Assembly (NCBI RefSeq): GCF_025643275.1
Contig: NZ_CP089977.1
Span: 1,680,001-1,712,000 of the forward strand
Source: Moraxella nasicaprae
GTDB taxonomy: Bacteria > Pseudomonadota > Gammaproteobacteria > Pseudomonadales > Moraxellaceae
DNA length: 32,000 nucleotides
Reading direction: 5' to 3'
In this document: positions 26,663-32,000 of the stretch, in pieces
Position numbering within the stretch: the stretch's first letter is position 1
Layout of the letters: every line of letters begins with the position of its first letter
Translations under genes and position numbers: made by a program
The notes under the pieces: model-generated
What the model was told of the DNA's origin: nothing
What the model saw: the letters and a program-made list of their open reading frames with translations, nothing else
Database searches by the model: none

Positions 26663-26772
26663 AAAGTTAGTGAATGGTTGTATATTATCTATAAAAAGAA
26701 AATCTCTTGCAAGTCAAAAGCAAAAGTTTTTTTGTGGTTTTGCTTTTTCATTGTTGGCTAATGAGAGCTGGC

Positions 26773-26804
26773 AAAAAAAATCCACCTGCTAATGACAGGT
26801 GGAT
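26773..26804 (-). terminator. Rho-independent terminator of the lipoprotein pair
   Basis: atccacctg / caggtggat, a 9-bp stem, followed on the minus strand by T8. Confidence 0.75.
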
Positions 26805-26812
26805 TGTATGGA

Positions 26813-27340
26813 TTATTGTTTGACACAGTCAAGCAGGGTGCTTTGATCGGCTGCCAATACTTTGACCTTATTGCCATCGATACTTAGACTCATTGGTTTG
26901 TTATCGCCTTGAATACCATTATTGGTGGTGTATAGATTGGCATTGTTTGGGTCTTGGTTTAGGTCGTACTGAATGTCATCATGGGTTAGATGGGCTTCCA
27001 TTTCGCCTTCGTGATTATGAATGGCAATGCGGATAGTTTTGTCAGCACATTGGTAAGCATCGCCATCGTCATGATGATGGTCATGACCGTGATGTTCGTG
27101 GTCGTGTCCATGCTCGTGCTTATGTTCGTCATCATGCTCATGGTCGTGATGCTCGTCTTTGTCATCATGATGCTCATTTTTATCATCATGGTTATGGTCA
27201 TGATGTTCATGTTTGTCAGCGTCCGCAGTTTTGGCGACACTGCTTGATGTCGTACCTCCATCTTGGGCAGGTTTATCGCAAGCAGTCAGGGTAAAACTTG
27301 CCAATAGGGCGGCAATCAGTAGCTTGGTATTTAGTTTCAT
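26813..27340 (-). CDS. Histidine-rich lipoprotein with an MliC-like C-terminal domain
   Basis: The lipobox is LTAC. A 53-residue tract, DKHEHHDHNHDD...HGHDHHHDDGD, contains 22 His by my count. The C-terminal YQC...LLDC segment resembles the MliC/PliC two-Cys pattern. AAGGA is the RBS. Confidence 0.7.
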   Translation of the reverse strand: MKLNTKLLIAALLASFTLTACDKPAQDGGTTSSSVAKTADADKHEHHDHNHDDKNEHHDDKDEHHDHEHDDEHKHEHGHDHEHHGHDHHHDDGDAYQCADKTIRIAIHNHEGEMEAHLTHDDIQYDLNQDPNNANLYTTNNGIQGDNKPMSLSIDGNKVKVLAADQSTLLDCVKQ

Positions 27341-27399
27341 GTTGGTTCCTTATTTTGGATAATAAGAAATATTGTAACAACATTCCCCAAAAATCGCAA

Positions 27400-27636
27400 C
27401 TAGCGACCGCCATTGGTTTGATAAAATGCGTCCACTTCCATCTTTTGACCGTTTGGTAATTCGCAAATATTGACTTGCCTGCCGTTTACGGTAGTAGGAT
27501 TGACAAAGCCTTTTTGTTTTAAACAAAATTCGGTGGCAGGGGTGGAGATGCCCACCATTTGTACGCTTTGCGGTTCAAAGTGGACGGAGCAAGCGGATAG
27601 GGCAAAGGCTGTCAAGATAATCAGTGAATTTTTCAT
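27400..27636 (-). CDS. Small lipoprotein, DUF333 (so-called putative hemolysin) type
   Basis: MKNSLIILTAFALSAC carries the lipobox. The mature part, PATEFCLKQKGF...VNICELPNGQKMEVDAFY, fits the DUF333 pattern (NPAxxYCxxxGG ... C.LPDG...EW.F). I set the start at the internal ATG at 27636. Confidence 0.65.
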   Translation of the reverse strand: MKNSLIILTAFALSACSVHFEPQSVQMVGISTPATEFCLKQKGFVNPTTVNGRQVNICELPNGQKMEVDAFYQTNGGR

Positions 27637-27719
27637 AAATACCTGTTGGAATGATTTGGATAAACCAATCACATTAGATTGGTTCATATCTTACTGTTTG
27701 ATATTACATAAAAATTCTT

Positions 27720-27747
27720 AAAAAAACAGGGGTAAAAACTTACCCCT
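27720..27747 (-). terminator. Rho-independent terminator of ychF
   Basis: aggggtaa / ttacccct, an 8-bp stem with a 4-nt loop, followed on the minus strand by T7. Confidence 0.65.
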
Positions 27748-27758
27748 ATTGATTGTGT

Positions 27759-28850
27759 TTATACATTAAATCTAAAATGCATCACATCGCCATCTTGGAC
27801 GATGTAGGTTTTGCCCTCCAAGCGGTTTTTGCCAGCTGCCGCCGCCCCTTTTTCTCCGCCATATTCTATAAAATCATCAAAGGCAATCACTTCGGCACGG
27901 ATAAAGCCTCGTTCAAAGTCGGTATGAATGACCCCTGCCGCCTCTGGGGCGGTCGCTCCGACTGGCACTGTCCACGCACGCACTTCTTTGACCCCTGCGG
28001 TAAAATAGGTTTGCATTTTTAGAAGTTCATAACCTGCCCGAATCACACGGTCAAGCCCTGCCTCGCTCATTCCCATACCCTCCAAAAATTCTGCCTTTTC
28101 GTCCTCGTCCAGCTGAGCAATCTCGGCTTCTATTTGGTTACAAAGGGGGACGACAATGGCGTTGTCCGATTTGGCAAATTCACGCACCGCATCCAAATGA
28201 GGGTTATTTTCAAAGCCATCTTCTGCCACATTGGCGATATACATCACAGGTTTTAGGGTGATTAGCCCATAGGATTTGATGAGCTTTTTCTCATCGTCAT
28301 CAAGATTTGCCATACGGGCAGGCTTGCCGTCTGCCAAAAACGGCTCAATTTTTTGAAAGACATCAAGCATTGCTTTGGCGTCTTTGTCGCCACCTTTGGC
28401 TTTTTTGCTGTTATTGGTAATGGCACGAGTAACCGCCTCTAAGTCCGCCAAGGCAAGCTCGGTATTGATGGTCTCAATGTCGGACAAGGGATTGACTCGT
28501 CCGTCCACATGAATGACATTGTCATCATCAAAGCAGCGTACCACATGAGCGATGGCGTCCGTCTCACGGATATTGGCAAGAAATTGGTTGCCCATACCCT
28601 CGCCTTTGCTTGCCCCAGCGACAAGCCCTGCAATATCGACAAATTCCATACTGGTGGGAATCACTCGCTCAGGCTTTACGATGTCGGCAAGTTGCTTTAA
28701 TCTTGGGTCTGGCACAGGGACAATGCCCGTGTTAGGGTCTTTGGTACAAAAGGGGAAGTTTTCGGCGGCGATGCCTGCTTTGGTCAAAGCATTAAATAGG
28801 GTGGATTTGCCCACATTGGGAAGTCCAACAATGCCACAATTAAAGCCCAT
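27759..28850 (-). CDS. ychF: Redox-regulated ribosome-associated ATPase YchF
   Basis: [43 protein letters not shown] and the C-terminal TGS domain ...[16 protein letters not shown] set the start at the ATG at 28850. Confidence 0.95.
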   Translation of the reverse strand: MGFNCGIVGLPNVGKSTLFNALTKAGIAAENFPFCTKDPNTGIVPVPDPRLKQLADIVKPERVIPTSMEFVDIAGLVAGASKGEGMGNQFLANIRETDAIAHVVRCFDDDNVIHVDGRVNPLSDIETINTELALADLEAVTRAITNNSKKAKGGDKDAKAMLDVFQKIEPFLADGKPARMANLDDDEKKLIKSYGLITLKPVMYIANVAEDGFENNPHLDAVREFAKSDNAIVVPLCNQIEAEIAQLDEDEKAEFLEGMGMSEAGLDRVIRAGYELLKMQTYFTAGVKEVRAWTVPVGATAPEAAGVIHTDFERGFIRAEVIAFDDFIEYGGEKGAAAAGKNRLEGKTYIVQDGDVMHFRFNV

Positions 28851-28914
28851 AATCGTATCTCTTTTTGATAAAAATTTGCCGTATTTTAACAAATTTTAGC
28901 CAAAAAAGCCAATG

Positions 28915-30108
28915 TTAATAAGCCTTGATTTGTCTTTGATAAATTCCTTGATATAAAATAATACTCACCATACACAATAGACTGGTTAATATAAAATAAG
29001 CCATATCATTATAATAACTAAGCATAAATCCACCCAACATTGGACCTGCTGAATGTCCAAGCTGACTTAAACTCCCTGCACCAAAATAACTGCCCCTAAG
29101 TTCTGGTTTTGCCAATTGGTCAATGTTAATATTGATGGTTGGAAATAAAATGGTTTCGCCAACACTTAATATAAAAAAGACAATGCCCCACGCCCATAAA
29201 TTTTGCCTATCAATCATCATAAAAAGAAATTGGGGAATTAGCATTAGAAAAATGCCAATTTGAGCCCGTCTGCCAATGGCAAAGTTTTCTAATAATTTTA
29301 ATAAAGGAAATTGCAAAATAACGACCGTTGCACAATTAACCACACCCAATAACACAATCAATTGTACGGCTTTATCGGCAAGCGATAGGGTCATTATTTG
29401 TGGTAGTGTGCTATTAAACTGCGAATAGACAATCAATAATAAAAAATTGGCAAGCAATAAATACAAAAACAGCGTATCATTTTTTATAATAGTAATCACA
29501 TTGGATAAGTCTGGCAATTGTCCTGTTTGTGTATTGTTTGGTGGCGATACCAATTTAAAAATCCAAAGCAGATAAAAGACATAAGCCAAACAAGTGGCAA
29601 TAAAAAGCCCATTGGGATTTTTTAGTCCAAGCCATAACCCCATCAAGGCTCCAATCGCCCCTGCAACATTGATTAAAAAGTAGCGAATATTTAAGGCAAA
29701 TTCACGCACCTTTTTATCACTAAGACTATCACTAATGGTTGCTTTGGTACTAACTTCTAAGGCTGGCGAACCAATACCCATCAACGCCATCACAATAAAA
29801 AAATGCCAAAAATTATTGGCAAAAATTAAGATTAAAAAACTACTTGCCAATATGAAACAGCCAATCAGCATTAGCAATTTTCTGCCAAATTTATCGGATA
29901 AATACCCAACATACAATCCCAAAAAAGAGGATAATCCTGCCGATACACCCAAAATAATACCAACATCAATGGGCGAAATGCCAGCCTTGCCATTTAAAAT
30001 CGCAATCAAAAACGGCCACGACATAAAGTAGGTGGTTTTTACCAAAAAAGTACCAATGAGCATTGCCCAGATGGTTTGATTAAAATGAGTGAGGACGGAT
30101 TGGTTCAT
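28915..30108 (-). CDS. MFS transporter (12-TM type), AT-rich relative to its neighbours
   Basis: A 397-aa hydrophobic protein with the loop 2-3 motif GYLSDKFGRKLLM. About 30% GC in a sampled 60-nt line, versus about 43% in ychF. Confidence 0.8.
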   Translation of the reverse strand: MNQSVLTHFNQTIWAMLIGTFLVKTTYFMSWPFLIAILNGKAGISPIDVGIILGVSAGLSSFLGLYVGYLSDKFGRKLLMLIGCFILASSFLILIFANNFWHFFIVMALMGIGSPALEVSTKATISDSLSDKKVREFALNIRYFLINVAGAIGALMGLWLGLKNPNGLFIATCLAYVFYLLWIFKLVSPPNNTQTGQLPDLSNVITIIKNDTLFLYLLLANFLLLIVYSQFNSTLPQIMTLSLADKAVQLIVLLGVVNCATVVILQFPLLKLLENFAIGRRAQIGIFLMLIPQFLFMMIDRQNLWAWGIVFFILSVGETILFPTININIDQLAKPELRGSYFGAGSLSQLGHSAGPMLGGFMLSYYNDMAYFILTSLLCMVSIILYQGIYQRQIKAY

Positions 30109-30300
30109 GAGTGAGATTTTTGCTTGGGGGCTGGCGATTTTTCATTCTATTACATGAATGCTTGAAAATCAATCAAATGATATGATGATTCTTTTGCTCT
30201 AAAATTCATCAAAAAAATTCAAAAAAATGCATGACAAGCCATGAAATTTTGGTTAAGATGGTATGCACTGTTATTTTCTAATCAAAACAAGGAGTGTTGT

Positions 30301-31281
30301 ATGAAATTATCCTTTTTGTCAGGTGCGATGGCACTATCATTGGCTGGTGTATTGATGAGTGGTTTGGTGTTTGCCAAAGACAGTCAGACTGATAAGCCTG
30401 AACATTCGTCCGCCAAACTTTTAAAGCAAACCAGCACCGAAGAAATCCTAAAAAATGCCCCACAAGATGCTTGGCAGAGCATTCCTCAATCAAAGTTGGT
30501 TTATATCACGCTTAGCGATGGTAAGCAGATTATTTTTGAGCTGGCAGATGAGTTTGCTCCTGCTCACGCCCAAAGAATTCGCACCCTTGCCAAGCAAAAT
30601 TTTTGGGACAATGCGTCTGTTTATCGAGTGCAGGACAATTATGTGGCACAATTTGGCTGGTTTGATTTTGCCAATGATAAAGACGGCAAAGAACTGCCTG
30701 ACAATGCCAAAGACAAGTTGCCCGTAGAAATCAGTCGTCCTGTGAATCAGGTGAAGTTTGTGGCATTGCCAGACATTGACCCTTATGCAGATAAGACAGG
30801 TTTTGTGGGCAATTTTGCTGCCAGCGTCAAAGACGGTCAGGCGTTTGCTTTGCATTGCTATGGGGCGATTGGTGTATCTCGTAATGTGGGCGTGGATAGT
30901 GGCACGACTGCTGATTTGTATGCGGTCATCGGTCAGCCTGCTCGTCATCTTGACCGTCAAATTGTGGTGGTGGGCAAGGTGCTACAAGGTATCGAGCATC
31001 TAAGCAGCTTAAAGCGTGGCGATGGCGTGATGGGTTTTTATACCGACCCTGCCAAAGATGGTACAGCCATCAAGCACATTCGCACAGGCGATATGCTCCC
31101 AAGCAATGAGCAGGTAGATTTTGAGGTGTTACGTTCTGATTCAAGCACTTTTATGCAGCTTATCGAGGCTCGCCGTCATCGCACCAATGAATGGTTTGTT
31201 GCACCACTGCCTACTCATATTGACCCTTGCTATTTGTCGCCACAGATGAAAGTTCACAAAAAAGACGAATCAAACTCCTAG
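30301..31281 (+). CDS. Secreted cyclophilin-like (PpiA-type fold) protein, divergent
   Basis: Signal peptide MKLSFLSGAMALSLAGVLMSGLVFA. IIFELADEFAPAHAQRIRTLAKQNFWDNASVYRVQDNYVAQFG and VVGKVLQGIEHL follow the cyclophilin pattern. AAGGAG lies 7 nt before the ATG at 30301. Confidence 0.6.
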   Translation: MKLSFLSGAMALSLAGVLMSGLVFAKDSQTDKPEHSSAKLLKQTSTEEILKNAPQDAWQSIPQSKLVYITLSDGKQIIFELADEFAPAHAQRIRTLAKQNFWDNASVYRVQDNYVAQFGWFDFANDKDGKELPDNAKDKLPVEISRPVNQVKFVALPDIDPYADKTGFVGNFAASVKDGQAFALHCYGAIGVSRNVGVDSGTTADLYAVIGQPARHLDRQIVVVGKVLQGIEHLSSLKRGDGVMGFYTDPAKDGTAIKHIRTGDMLPSNEQVDFEVLRSDSSTFMQLIEARRHRTNEWFVAPLPTHIDPCYLSPQMKVHKKDESNS

Positions 31282-31452
31282 TCATCAGATATAAGAAGAA
31301 CACCAGATGGATTGGCAATGAAATAATTTGCCATTTCGTCTGTGAAAAAAGATGCAAAAATAAATAGCACTTGTTATAATACTGGGGTGTTTTACATCAA
31401 ATTGTAAAAGCATCATTTTTATTCACTTAGCATATTTTTTAAGGAAAATATC

Positions 31453-31884
31453 ATGGCTATCGAACGCACTTTATCTATCATCAAGCCAGACGCAGTTGGC
31501 AAAAACCACATCGGCGACATCATCGCTCGCTTTGAAAAAGCTGGTCTAAAACCAGTTGCTATGAAATACAAGCACCTAACCCAAGCAGAAGCAGAAGGCT
31601 TTTATGCAGAGCATAAAGAGCGTGGCTTCTTTGCTGACCTAGTGGCATTCATGACCTCAGGCCCTGTGGTGGTGTCAGTTCTAGAAGGCGAAAATGCTGT
31701 ATTGGCACATCGTGACATCTTGGGTGCTACCAACCCACAAGAAGCAGCTGCTGGTACGATTCGCGCCGACTTTGCAGTAAGCATCGATGAGAACGCTGCT
31801 CACGGCTCTGACAGCACCACTTCTGCTGAGCGTGAAATCGCTTACTTCTTTGGTGCAGATGAGATTTTCCCACGCACTCGTTAA
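31453..31884 (+). CDS. ndk: Nucleoside diphosphate kinase
   Basis: [15 protein letters not shown], and NAAHGSDS with the catalytic His. Confidence 0.95.
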   Translation: MAIERTLSIIKPDAVGKNHIGDIIARFEKAGLKPVAMKYKHLTQAEAEGFYAEHKERGFFADLVAFMTSGPVVVSVLEGENAVLAHRDILGATNPQEAAAGTIRADFAVSIDENAAHGSDSTTSAEREIAYFFGADEIFPRTR

Positions 31885-31918
31885 TTGGTGCTGGCAAAAT
31901 TGATTTTTGCATTAAAAA

Positions 31919-31954
31919 AGCGACTACTGCTCGGTAGTCGCTTTTGTTTTTTTT
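31919..31954 (+). terminator. Rho-independent terminator of ndk
   Basis: agcgactac / gtagtcgct, a 9-bp stem, followed by TTTTGTTTTTTTT. Confidence 0.75.
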
Positions 31955-32000
31955 AACACCATCATAAGGAAGTGTATGATGATTTATCCTGCCAAACTCA

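Noticed and set aside
26986-27261. ORFs on both strands across the His-rich tract (91 aa minus, 85 aa plus)
   Set aside because: They are by-products of the cat/gat/gaa low-complexity DNA. Only the lipobox-containing frame (26813-27340) has a signal peptide, an RBS and a structured C-terminal domain.
30490-30960. A 156-aa minus-strand ORF inside the cyclophilin-like gene
   Set aside because: It is antisense to a frame that has a signal peptide, a strong RBS and the cyclophilin pattern.

Overview
This is a chromosomal segment of about 40-45% GC. Gene content and codon style look like a Moraxellaceae-type gammaproteobacterium, which is my inference and is not verifiable here. Most of the window is housekeeping: the 3' part of a heavy-metal P1B ATPase, five tRNAs (CAU; a Pro-Arg-His operon; Leu), a rhodanese, an acyl-CoA dehydrogenase, a Gcr-type membrane protein, lctP-lldD, mtgA, ppk-ychJ, thiI, apt, xth, fabR, ychF, an MFS transporter, a cyclophilin-like protein and ndk. 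I see three accessory or unusual zones. (1) A compact ~3.9 kb integrase island (1893-5837) sits beside tRNA(CAU) and is bounded by 59-bp imperfect direct repeats. Its only sizeable cargo is an orphan AAA+/winged-helix ATPase. That gene is preceded by a ~94% AT palindrome-rich block with repeated boxes, then by an abrupt C+A-rich tract, and it is bracketed by ~65-bp direct repeats. I think this is the best candidate for an undescribed module, either a minimal integrative replicon or a single-gene NTPase system. (2) A secreted FKBP gene and two Sel1-repeat paralogues differ by exactly four 108-bp units and are interleaved with inverted copies of a palindromic MITE-like element. (3) There is a pair of lipoprotein genes: a DUF333-like protein and an extremely His-rich MliC-like protein. 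I saw no CRISPR array, IS transposase or rRNA.
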